64,000 nucleotides of DNA from Alphaproteobacteria bacterium (GTDB taxonomy: Bacteria; Pseudomonadota; Alphaproteobacteria; UBA828), in the NCBI GenBank assembly GCA_965221125.1, contig CBDCRW010000006.1, forward strand, positions 512,001-576,000, written 5' to 3'. A program made the position numbers and the translations under genes. Position 1 is the first letter of the stretch. Each line of letters opens with the position of its first letter. Shown here piece after piece: positions 8,575 to 17,036 of this stretch. Under the pieces are notes generated by a model. That model was not told the DNA's origin. It saw only the letters and a program-made list of their open reading frames with translations, and did no database searches.

Positions 8575-10586
8575 GGCGCGGCCCCGGTGGCGATGTGGAG
8601 GTGGCCGGCGTCGTCGGCCGTGAGCGTGGCACCCGGCGGCACGACCACGGTCGACCATTCATCGTCGACGATGACCGGCCCTTCCAGCGGCCAGTCGGCG
8701 CCCAGGGCGGCGCGGTCGTAGCGCGGCGTCGGCAGCGGCGCGCCGGTATCGAACGTGGCCGGCAGCGTGCGCGCAGGCGACGGCGGCTCGTTGGCCTTGG
8801 GCGCCGGAGCACGTGCCTCGCCGTTGCGGGGCGCGGAGACGCGCACGCGGATCGAGACCAGCTCCCACGGCTCCTCCGTGGCGAAGCCGTAGAGAGTCCG
8901 GTGGCGCTCCATGAAATCCCGGCCGAGCCGCGCGGGATCGTCGAAGGCGGGGGTCGCGATCTCGATGGCGTAGCTCTGGCCCCGGTAGCGGATCGAGGCG
9001 ACCTCCTCGACCGCCAGATTGCCGTTGCCGTGACCGGCCGCCCTGAGCGGCGCGGCGAGGGTCGCATGCAGCGCCCGCCGTGCCTGGTCCACGCGCGCAC
9101 CGTCCCACGCGTCCGACGCCACGCGGAGCGTGCGCTGCTGCGCGTAGCTCATCTCCGCGCCGACGCAACCCAGAGCCGAGAACATGCTGGAATGGGCGGG
9201 CACGACCACGTGCGCGATGGAGAAGGCGCGGGCCAGCGCCACCGCGTGCATGGGGCCGGCGCCGCCGAAGGCGAGCAGGGTGCACGCCCGCCCGTCGACG
9301 CCGCGCTCCACGGTGACGCGCCGCAGCGCGCGCAGCATGGCCGCGTTCGCCACCCTGACGACGCCCAAAGCCGCAGCCTCCGGCGTCATGTCCATGGCTG
9401 TGGCGAGCGGCGCGATCGCGTCACGGGCCGCGCCGGTATCGAGGTGCACGTTGCCGCCGAGGACGCGCCCCGCCTCCATGTAGCCCAGCACCAGGTTGGC
9501 GTCGGTCACGGTCGGCCGCGCGCCGCCCTTGCCGTAGCAGGCGGGGCCCGGCACCGCGCCGGCGCTCTCCGGCCCCACCGCAAGCGAGCCGTGATCGAGC
9601 CGGGCGATGGAGCCGCCGCCGGCGCCGATGGATTCCACCGCGACCATGGGCTGGCGTAGCGGCCGGCCGCCCAAGGAGCGGTCGGCGGAAATCTGCGCCT
9701 CGCCGTCCGCGATCAGGCAGACATCGGTGGTGGTGCCGCCCATGTCGAAGCTGATGGCGCGCTCGAGCCTAAGCGCGCGGGCCATGCTGCCAGCGGCGGC
9801 GACGCCGGCGGCAGGACCGGAGGCGGCGAGGCCCAAGGGAAGGTCGCGCAAGGCCTCGGGCGAAGCCATGCCGCCGGCGGAATGGAAGAGGTGCAGGCGG
9901 GAGTCTTCGGGCTTCGCGCTCTCCAGGTCGTCCATGTACGCGGCCGCGAGCGGCATGACGCCTGCGCTCAGCGCCGTGGTTGCCGTCCGCTCGTACTCGC
10001 GGGCCTCGGGATTGACCCGGTGCGAGAGGGCGACGAAGGGGAAGCGCTCGCCGAGCCGGGCGCCCAGCGCCTCCTCGTGCGCGGGATTGGCGTAGGAATG
10101 GAGCAGCGAGACGGCCACCGCCTCCGCGCCGCTCGCCTCGATGCGGGCGATGGCGTCCTCCACCGAGGCCGGGTCCAGCGCGGCCATGACCCTGCCGTCG
10201 TGGTCGAGCCGCTCGCTCACCTCGAAGCGGCGCTCGGGCGGCACCTGGGGTGCCAGCTTGGGCGCGAGATCGAGCCGGTAGAGGTGGCGGCGGTTCTGGC
10301 GCCCGATGGCGAGCGTGTCTGCGAAGCCGCGCGTCGCGATCAGGGCGACCTTCGCGTGGTCGTCCTGGACGATGGCATTGGTGACGATGGTGGTGCCGTG
10401 GATCAGGTCGTCCACGTCGGCCCACGCGAGATCCACCGCGCCGAGCGCAGACAGCAGGCCGGTGATGCGGTCGTCGGTGCGGGAGGGAACCTTCGCGGCC
10501 CGCACCTCGCCGCGCGCCCGGTGCACGGCGATCACGTCGGTGAACGTGCCACCCACATCGATACCGACTTGCCATCCATGCGGCAT
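8571..10586 (-). CDS. Hydantoinase A / 5-oxoprolinase family ATP-binding subunit
   Basis: GIDVGGTFTD, HGTT, SGPAAG, DMGGTTTD, IGAGGGS, GPESAGAVPGPACY, AFGGAGPMHA. Confidence 0.93.
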   Translation of the reverse strand: MPHGWQVGIDVGGTFTDVIAVHRARGEVRAAKVPSRTDDRITGLLSALGAVDLAWADVDDLIHGTTIVTNAIVQDDHAKVALIATRGFADTLAIGRQNRRHLYRLDLAPKLAPQVPPERRFEVSERLDHDGRVMAALDPASVEDAIARIEASGAEAVAVSLLHSYANPAHEEALGARLGERFPFVALSHRVNPEAREYERTATTALSAGVMPLAAAYMDDLESAKPEDSRLHLFHSAGGMASPEALRDLPLGLAASGPAAGVAAAGSMARALRLERAISFDMGGTTTDVCLIADGEAQISADRSLGGRPLRQPMVAVESIGAGGGSIARLDHGSLAVGPESAGAVPGPACYGKGGARPTVTDANLVLGYMEAGRVLGGNVHLDTGAARDAIAPLATAMDMTPEAAALGVVRVANAAMLRALRRVTVERGVDGRACTLLAFGGAGPMHAVALARAFSIAHVVVPAHSSMFSALGCVGAEMSYAQQRTLRVASDAWDGARVDQARRALHATLAAPLRAAGHGNGNLAVEEVASIRYRGQSYAIEIATPAFDDPARLGRDFMERHRTLYGFATEEPWELVSIRVRVSAPRNGEARAPAPKANEPPSPARTLPATFDTGAPLPTPRYDRAALGADWPLEGPVIVDDEWSTVVVPPGATLTADDAGHLHIATGAAP

Positions 10587-10605
10587 GGCACGGCCTCAAT
10601 TCTCG

Positions 10606-10637
10606 GTTATCGAAAATAGTTTCGATAACTCGATAAC
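10606..10637. promoter_or_regulatory. Candidate operator: perfect inverted repeat GTTATCGAAA-N4-TTTCGATAAC followed by an extra TCGATAAC
   Basis: AT-rich 10-bp-arm palindrome 20 bp upstream of the hydantoinase A start, in the divergent promoter region. Confidence 0.65.
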
Positions 10638-10810
10638 GATGCGCCCGCGCGGCGGCGCCTGTCAACATTAAATCGGGCTGTTCCTGGCGGATCGAACGCT
10701 TGGGTGCGACACAGGCCGTGACCCTGGTGAGAATTGCGGGCTGACGACGGCAAAAATACACTGTGCGGCGGCGGTCGCGCGTCAGGCGGCCGGCTCCCGC
10801 ATGGCGAGGG

Positions 10811-11833
10811 ATGGGGATGACCTGGCTCGACGACAGCGCGTGGCGCTACTTCTGGCACCCGGTCTGCACGCTCGTGGAACTCGACGCGGCCGCCGCCGAG
10901 AGCCGGCCGCTCGCGGTCACGCTGCTCGGCGAGCCGCTCGCCGTCGCCCGGATCGCCGGCACCGTCGCCGCCTTCCCGGACCGCTGCATCCATCGCTCGA
11001 CCCGTCTCACGGTGGGCTGCGTGGAGACGGGCGGGCTGCGCTGCGCCTACCACGGCTGGCTCTACGATGCGGACGGCGCGTGCGTCGAAATCCCCGCCAT
11101 GCCGGACTTCACGATCCCGCCGAGCTTCCGGCTGCGCAGGATCGAGGCGGAGATGGCCTACGACCTCGTCTGGCTGCGCCTCGAGGCGGGCGCCGGGACG
11201 CGCATTCCCGGATGCCCGGCCTGGAGCGACGACGCCTTCCGCTGCGTCCAGGGCGAGCCCTACATCTGGCCGACATCGGCCGGGCGCCGGCTGGAGAATT
11301 TCGTCGACCTCGCGCACTTCCCGTTTGTCCACGACGGCTCGCTCGGCGACCGCCGGCACGCGACCGTGCCGATCGCGGACGTCGCCCGCGTCGGCGGCGA
11401 GCTGCGCTTCCGCTTCGAGCCGGAGCCGGACATGGCGCTGCCCGACGTCGCCCTGATGGCGCCGACGGACTACCGCCTCTGGATGCCGTTCACGGTCAAC
11501 CTGGAATTCGCCTTCGCGGACGGCGAGCGCGGCCAGCTCTGGATGGCGGCGTCGCCGGTCGAGTCCGGGACCTGCCGCAGCTTCTGGTTCACGAGCCGCA
11601 CCGCCGACAGGGACGGCGACGACCGCCCGCACCTCGATTTCCAGGATCTCGTGCTGGGCGAGGACCTCCCGGTGATCGAGGCGCAGGAGCCGCCGGAGAT
11701 TCCGGGTCCGGGCGGCGAGAAGTCCGTGCCGACCGACGCGGTCTCGCTGGCCTATCGCCGCTGGCTGCGCGAGCTCTCCGCCGCCGCCGGGAAGGGGGCT
11801 GCGGCGGTGGCACGGAGTCTGTCCTCCGAATAG
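10811..11833 (+). CDS. Rieske non-heme iron oxygenase alpha subunit (VanA/demethylase-like)
   Basis: Rieske motif DRCIHR...CAYHGW and mononuclear Fe motif ENFVDLAHFPFVH; C-terminal EDLPVIEAQ. Start is ATG 10811 or 10817. Confidence 0.9.
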   Translation: MGMTWLDDSAWRYFWHPVCTLVELDAAAAESRPLAVTLLGEPLAVARIAGTVAAFPDRCIHRSTRLTVGCVETGGLRCAYHGWLYDADGACVEIPAMPDFTIPPSFRLRRIEAEMAYDLVWLRLEAGAGTRIPGCPAWSDDAFRCVQGEPYIWPTSAGRRLENFVDLAHFPFVHDGSLGDRRHATVPIADVARVGGELRFRFEPEPDMALPDVALMAPTDYRLWMPFTVNLEFAFADGERGQLWMAASPVESGTCRSFWFTSRTADRDGDDRPHLDFQDLVLGEDLPVIEAQEPPEIPGPGGEKSVPTDAVSLAYRRWLRELSAAAGKGAAAVARSLSSE

Positions 11834-11897
11834 CGGCCTCGGGAGCGACTTTTTCTTATCCCTCAATCGGCGGGCGCTCGCTCCGCTCGCTTGCCTA

Positions 11898-11946
11898 CGC
11901 GCCTTCGGCGCGCGGCGCGGTCGCGCCGTCCGGGCCTGCGGCCCGG
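11898..11946. repeat. Cluster of three abutting GC hairpins (REP-like)
   Basis: CGCGCC-TTC-GGCGCG, CGGCGCG-GT-CGCGCCG, CCGGGCC-TGC-GGCCCGG. Confidence 0.5.
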
Positions 11947-12200
11947 GCGAAACCGGGCGGCTCTTCATGTCACGCCCGCGAGCTTTCAGGCGCGGGCGAC
12001 GCACCATGGTGCGGTGGAAGGCGGGGGCGGAGCGGGGCAGTCTCGGTGGATGCGGTGTGTGGACCATGAGCTCGGCGACGTGCGAAGACGCCGTCAGCGC
12101 GGCCTGTCGGCGCATGAAAGCGCGGGATGCGGAGGACGAATCAGGCCGGCGGGACCCTCGGCGCGAGGGGGACGCGCGGCCGGGTGGCGGCCCTGGACGG

Positions 12201-12360
12201 GCCAGCTTGGGCCATCATGCGCCACCTTGTGCCACCTTGTGCCACCTTGTGCCACCTTGTGCCACTTTGTGCCACTTTGTGCCACTTTGTGCCGCTCGTT
12301 TTGTGCCACCTTGTCCCACTTTGTGCCACTTTGTGCCGGCGTATGCCGGAATATGCCGGG
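12201..12360. repeat. 10-bp tandem repeat array (GCCACYTTGT)n
   Basis: Seven consecutive units at 12221-12290, about three more after a 4-bp phase shift, and degenerate units at both ends. Confidence 0.95.
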
Positions 12361-12376
12361 TTAAGGCCTTTGTCGC

Positions 12377-13096
12377 TCACGGCAGCCGGTCGTCCTGCGA
12401 TTCCGCCGCCCTGTTCGTGCGCTCCAGGTGCTTGAGCGCCTCGCGCCGGCTGAGCGCGGAGAGCCCGGCGTGGCGTCGGACGAACGCCGTCACCCACTCC
12501 GGGTCGGTCTTGGAATACTCGCGGAGCGCCCAGCCGATGCCCTTGCGCAGGAAGAATTCCGGCTCGCCGATGGAGGGGCGGATTACATCGGCCAGAAGCT
12601 CGGTGTCCGTCGCCTCCCTGGCCCGGAGCTGGGCGAGGATCGCGGTCCGCCGCTTCCAGATGTCGCCGTCATGCGCCCAGTCGCGCAACACCGCCTTCAT
12701 CGGGCGTGGATGGGCGGCGAGCATGGCGCCGACGCCGCGCCCGGCAATCGCGTCCACGTAGTCCCACCAGGCGCCGGTCACCACCAGCTCCTCGACCAGC
12801 GGAAGCCTCGCGGGCTCGAGCCAGCGCGCGTAAGCGCCGAAGAGCAGAAGCTCGACCGCCGCGTAGCGTTCCTCCCGGTGGGCGGCGTTGCGCCAGAGGT
12901 CGAGAATTGCCGCCTCCCAGGTACCGGCGTCCGGCAGCGGGTGCGCCCTGAACACGGAACCCGCGATGCGCCGGCACTGCGGCACGCCCACGCCGAAGAA
13001 GGGTATGGCGGACTTCATGTACGCCTGCTGCTGCGGCGCCCTGGCCGGATCGGCGGCCTTGCGCAGGGCGGCTATGACGGCCCCTCGAACGGTCAT
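12377..13096 (-). CDS. DNA alkylation repair protein (AlkD-like HEAT-repeat glycosylase family)
   Basis: AYMKSAIPFFGV, REERY, WWDYVD, WKRRTAI, EFFLRKGIGWALREYSK, LSRREALKHL. Confidence 0.88.
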   Translation of the reverse strand: MTVRGAVIAALRKAADPARAPQQQAYMKSAIPFFGVGVPQCRRIAGSVFRAHPLPDAGTWEAAILDLWRNAAHREERYAAVELLLFGAYARWLEPARLPLVEELVVTGAWWDYVDAIAGRGVGAMLAAHPRPMKAVLRDWAHDGDIWKRRTAILAQLRAREATDTELLADVIRPSIGEPEFFLRKGIGWALREYSKTDPEWVTAFVRRHAGLSALSRREALKHLERTNRAAESQDDRLP

Positions 13097-13269
13097 CGCA
13101 AATCCTGGCCGACCCGGCGACGGCGGGCAACCCGAGCCGGCGGCAGCGCGCAACGTTGCCTGGGCGGGCGAGGCGCACTAGCGTCTGCGCGCCGACCCGG
13201 GCTCGTGGGCGAATGCGGCTTCGGGCGTCGGCGCGAGCGAATCGAGGGAAAGAGGACGGAGCGAGGTCA

Positions 13270-14271
13270 ATGGAGAAGCTACGCGTCGGCGTGATCGGGG
13301 TCGGCTGGTTCGGGACGGTGCATTGCCGGGTCATCGCCGGCCATCCCGAGCTTGAGCTTTCTGCGCTTTGCGACGCGTCGGAAGAGCGCCTCGCGGAGAT
13401 GGCGCGCGAGCACGGCGTGGCCCGCACGTGTGCGGACTATCGCGAGCTCGCGGAAGACCCGGCGATCGACATTCTCGCCGTCATCACGCCCTGGGACCAC
13501 CACGCCGCGCCCACGCTCGCGGGGCTCGCGGCCGGCAAGCACGTCCTGGTCGAGAAGCCGATGGCATCGACGGTGGAGGAATGCCGGCGCATGTGCGATG
13601 CCGCGCGCGAGGCGGACGCCTTCCTGATGGTGGGTCACGTCTGCCGCTTCAACCCGCGCTACGTCTCGGCCAAGCGCGAGATCGACGCGGGCCGGATCGG
13701 CAAGGTGGTGGCGATCAACGCCCGGCGCAACGTGCCGGCGCGGTGGGTCATCGAGCAACTCGAGAGCATCGGCCCCATCCTGCACACGTGCTCGCACGAC
13801 ACGGACCTGATGCGCTGGCTCACCGGCTCGCACGTCGTGAGCACCTACGCGCAGACGGTCAACACGCTGGGACAGGCGTACGACGACCTGTCTCATGTGA
13901 TGTATCGCTTCGAGAGCGGCGCGACCGCGATGTACGAAGGCGCCTGGTGCATGCCGGACACCTCGCCCTTCGAGCTCGACGAGCGCATGTCGGTGATCGG
14001 CACCGAGGGCTTCATCCAGATTCAGGACACCTTCCCCAACATCGGCGTGGCCTCGAAAGAGGGTTTTTTGAGCCCCGACACGAGCTACTGGCCGGAGCTG
14101 CACGGCGTCACCGGCGGCGCGCTCAGGGACGAATGGTCGTACTTCGCCCGCTGCATCGCAGACGGCACGGCGCCTTCGGTCATCAGGCCGGAGGAGGCGA
14201 TGGAGGTCGTGCGGACCGTGCTGGCTGCGCATGAATCGGCGACTACCGGCAGAGTGGTGACGGTTGCCTGA
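13270..14271 (+). CDS. Gfo/Idh/MocA family NAD(P)-dependent oxidoreductase
   Basis: VGVIGVGWFG, GKHVLVEKPMA, VGHVCRFNP, HDTDL. Confidence 0.92.
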   Translation: MEKLRVGVIGVGWFGTVHCRVIAGHPELELSALCDASEERLAEMAREHGVARTCADYRELAEDPAIDILAVITPWDHHAAPTLAGLAAGKHVLVEKPMASTVEECRRMCDAAREADAFLMVGHVCRFNPRYVSAKREIDAGRIGKVVAINARRNVPARWVIEQLESIGPILHTCSHDTDLMRWLTGSHVVSTYAQTVNTLGQAYDDLSHVMYRFESGATAMYEGAWCMPDTSPFELDERMSVIGTEGFIQIQDTFPNIGVASKEGFLSPDTSYWPELHGVTGGALRDEWSYFARCIADGTAPSVIRPEEAMEVVRTVLAAHESATTGRVVTVA

Positions 14272-14277
14272 TGCGGG

Positions 14278-15195
14278 CTAAGTCTCCGCTTGCGCCGCCG
14301 GCTGGCGGCGGGCCGCGTGGATCAGGAGCGCAACGCCCGCCAGCATCAGCACGGCGGCGGCCCAGACGTAGGCGCTGTGGCGCTCGCTGAAGAAGAGGAT
14401 GCCCCAGCCGAGGCCCGCCACGACGACGACGTAGTTGAACTGCGAGAAGAACACCGGGCCGGCCGCGCGCACGATGATCAGGAACGTGATGTACATGGTG
14501 ATGGTGACGCCGGCGGCGCCGAGGATCGCGAGGTCGGCGACGGTGTCCGGCCCCGGCACCACGTAGGTCTCGCCCAGCCCGAGCATCACCGGGGCCAGCA
14601 TGATGGCCGCTGCCGTCACGATGCCGCTCGCAAACGTCAGCACCGGCGTTTCCGGCGGGTCGATCAGGGCGGCGAGGTTGTTGGTGAGCGCAAAGCAGGC
14701 CGGTGCAAGCAGGGCGAGCAGGAACCAGCCCACCATGCCGGGCTCCGGCAGGGAGAACGTGGGGATCGTCATCAGCAGGATGCCGCCCACCCCGCACAGC
14801 ACGCCGATCAGGCTGAGCGCGCGTATCCGCTCCAGCCGGAGCGTGAGCGCGATCAGGTAGGTGATCGGGGGCGACAGGATCACCACCATGGAGAGGATGC
14901 CGGTCGGCAGCTTCGGCGCGAGCCAGGTCATGAGCGCGACAGGTGCTGCGATGCCAAACAGCCCGATCACGAAATAGGCCGTGAGGTGCCGGGCTTCCAG
15001 CCGCGGGAGCGCGCGCCGCCAGGCTGCGAGGATCAGCAGCAGGACCGCGGCGCCGAGGGTCTGCCAGAAGGTGAAGGCGAGCGGCGGCGTTCCGGCCTCC
15101 ACCGCGATCTTGTTCATGGTGAAGATGAGCGGATAGACCGCCCCGATCGTGAACAGCAGGAAGATCGGGAGGGAAAGCGGCCCGCGGCGCCCCAT
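14278..15195 (-). CDS. DMT/EamA family transporter
   Basis: About ten hydrophobic segments with two-fold repeat; LRLER and GWGILFFSER motifs. Confidence 0.88.
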   Translation of the reverse strand: MGRRGPLSLPIFLLFTIGAVYPLIFTMNKIAVEAGTPPLAFTFWQTLGAAVLLLILAAWRRALPRLEARHLTAYFVIGLFGIAAPVALMTWLAPKLPTGILSMVVILSPPITYLIALTLRLERIRALSLIGVLCGVGGILLMTIPTFSLPEPGMVGWFLLALLAPACFALTNNLAALIDPPETPVLTFASGIVTAAAIMLAPVMLGLGETYVVPGPDTVADLAILGAAGVTITMYITFLIIVRAAGPVFFSQFNYVVVVAGLGWGILFFSERHSAYVWAAAVLMLAGVALLIHAARRQPAAQAET

Positions 15196-15223
15196 CGGGC
15201 TTGAAGGCTAGGGGGTTACAGGA

Positions 15224-16027
15224 CTATTGGGCCGCTGCGCCCGCGGTGTGCTCGGTTCCCACCAGGAGGCAGTCGTCGCCGAGCGGCTCGACCGGCATGA
15301 AGTCCCGGTGCGCGATGTACTCCGGCCGCTGGAAGCGCTGGATCGCGTTGTCCACCCGGTTGGCCGAGAAATAGACCGCGCGCCGCCCCCAGGGCGACAT
15401 GTTGGGCGCAGAGCCGTGCACCAAGTTGCAGTGGAAGAACAGCGCAGCGCCGGGCTCGCCCTTGGGCGCGACGATCCCGCCCTCCGCCACCAGCGTCTCG
15501 ATGGTCTCGTTGTCGATCGTCCAGAGCGGATAGCTCGTGGTCTCGAGGTCGTGGCCGGCCTCGATCCGCCCGCGCCGGTGCGAGCGGGGAATGAACATCA
15601 GCGGGCCGTTGAACTCGTTCACCGGGTCGAGGTAGACGGCGAGGTTCATGGCATGGGGCTCGGGCATCAGGTCGTCGCGTGACCAGGTGCCGTAGTCCTG
15701 GTGCCACTGCCAGACGTCGCCGTCGAAGGCGGCCTTGGCGTTCACCTTGAACTGGTGGATGTAGACGGGCCCGCCGAGGACCTGCATCGCGGGCTCCACC
15801 AGGCGCGGGTGGCGCGAGAGACGCCAGTAGATGTCGCTGTAGGTGTGGACGCCGAAGGCGGTGCGCACGGCGCCGTTGTGCTCGCGCACGATCTCCGGCC
15901 CCGTGCGCGCGAAGATCGCCGGCAGCGCCGCGCGGAGCACCGCGGTCTCCTCGGCCGAGAAAAGATCCGGCAGGAAGAGATAACCCTCGCGGTCCAGGGT
16001 CTCGTACTGTTCGGCCGTGAGCTTCAT
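15224..16027 (-). CDS. PhyH-family Fe(II)/2-oxoglutarate dioxygenase (EctD/proline-hydroxylase-like)
   Basis: HQFKVNAK, WHQD (HxD), NGPLMFIPRSH, LVHGS..N..R. ATG at 16027. Confidence 0.88.
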   Translation of the reverse strand: MKLTAEQYETLDREGYLFLPDLFSAEETAVLRAALPAIFARTGPEIVREHNGAVRTAFGVHTYSDIYWRLSRHPRLVEPAMQVLGGPVYIHQFKVNAKAAFDGDVWQWHQDYGTWSRDDLMPEPHAMNLAVYLDPVNEFNGPLMFIPRSHRRGRIEAGHDLETTSYPLWTIDNETIETLVAEGGIVAPKGEPGAALFFHCNLVHGSAPNMSPWGRRAVYFSANRVDNAIQRFQRPEYIAHRDFMPVEPLGDDCLLVGTEHTAGAAAQ

Positions 16028-16081
16028 GGGCCGCTCCCCTCTATGCCTTGCACGCAAATTGCGCCGACAGCGGCGGGTGCG

Positions 16082-17020
16082 TCAAGACGCCGGATCGGAT
16101 GCGTCGTCCCTCGGGGCGGACGGTCGGTTGACGAGAAAGAGGCCGGCGAGCATGAGAACCAGCGCCAGCCAGATCCAATGGCTGTGACTCTCGCCGAAGA
16201 AGAGCACGCCCCAGCCGATGCCGGTCAGCGGGATCATGAAGTTGACGGTGGTGAAGAAGACGGGGCCCGCGAGGCGGATGATCTCGATCATCAGGTAGAA
16301 GACCAGCGCCATGGTTCCCGCCGCAGCGGCCAGCGCCCAGTCGCCGGCCGTCATCGGCCCCTCGAACCACCACCATTGATCGCTCGCCGCCATCACGACG
16401 AACATGAAGAGGGCGCCGGTCGTGAGAACGCCGCCGGCCAGCGGCAGCGCGCCGGCGGGCGGCGGCCTGAGCCAGGCGATGATCAGCGCGTTCGCGACAT
16501 AGAGCACGGGGCCGACGAAGCTCAGCAGCACCCAGGGGGCCATGTCGGGGCTGGGAAGGCTTGTCTCCGGCACCACCACCAGCGCGACGCCGCCGACGCC
16601 GAGGACCAGGCCTACGGTGCGGATCGCGCGGAAGCGGTCCATGCGAAACAGCGCGGCCGCCGGGTACGTAAGGATGGGTGTGAGCGTCGCGCCGAGCCCA
16701 AGCACGCCGGCCGGCACCTTGGGCGCGACGAAGGCCAGTATCGTGTAGGTCATGCCGAAGGAGATCGTGCCGAGCGCGAGGTAGCCCCGCACATGCTCCC
16801 ACGAGAGCCCGGGCAGCGTGCGGAACGCCGCCCCGAGCCCCAGCAGGATGAGCGCGGCGCCGGTGCCCATCCAGAACACGTAGGGGATGAAGGGGATGCC
16901 GTCAGTGGTCGCGAGCCGGTTGAGCGAATAGAGGGTGCCCCAGCCGAGAGCCGAGACCACCAGCAGGGCCGCCGGCCAGAGGAGCGCGTTGGCGCCGGCG
17001 CGCCGTGCGGGCTCCGTCAC
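16082..17020 (-). CDS. DMT/EamA family transporter
   Basis: About ten TM segments; LAGPVFF and GWGVLFFGE; paralogous to 14278-15195. Confidence 0.88.
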   Translation of the reverse strand: MTEPARRAGANALLWPAALLVVSALGWGTLYSLNRLATTDGIPFIPYVFWMGTGAALILLGLGAAFRTLPGLSWEHVRGYLALGTISFGMTYTILAFVAPKVPAGVLGLGATLTPILTYPAAALFRMDRFRAIRTVGLVLGVGGVALVVVPETSLPSPDMAPWVLLSFVGPVLYVANALIIAWLRPPPAGALPLAGGVLTTGALFMFVVMAASDQWWWFEGPMTAGDWALAAAAGTMALVFYLMIEIIRLAGPVFFTTVNFMIPLTGIGWGVLFFGESHSHWIWLALVLMLAGLFLVNRPSAPRDDASDPAS

Positions 17021-17036
17021 GCGCGATCCTCCGGCG

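Noticed and set aside
12201-12360. CRISPR array, repeat-protein gene (LCHFVPLCAT / GTKWHKVAQS frames) or tandem sigma54 promoters
   Set aside because: There are no spacers or cas genes. The peptide repeats are just translations of a 10-bp DNA repeat. TGGCAC recurs on the minus strand, but the GG-to-GC spacing is one base short of a -24/-12 promoter.
15224-16027. ectD (ectoine hydroxylase)
   Set aside because: The signature deviates (WHQDYGTW rather than WHSDFETW) and no ectABC genes are in the window.
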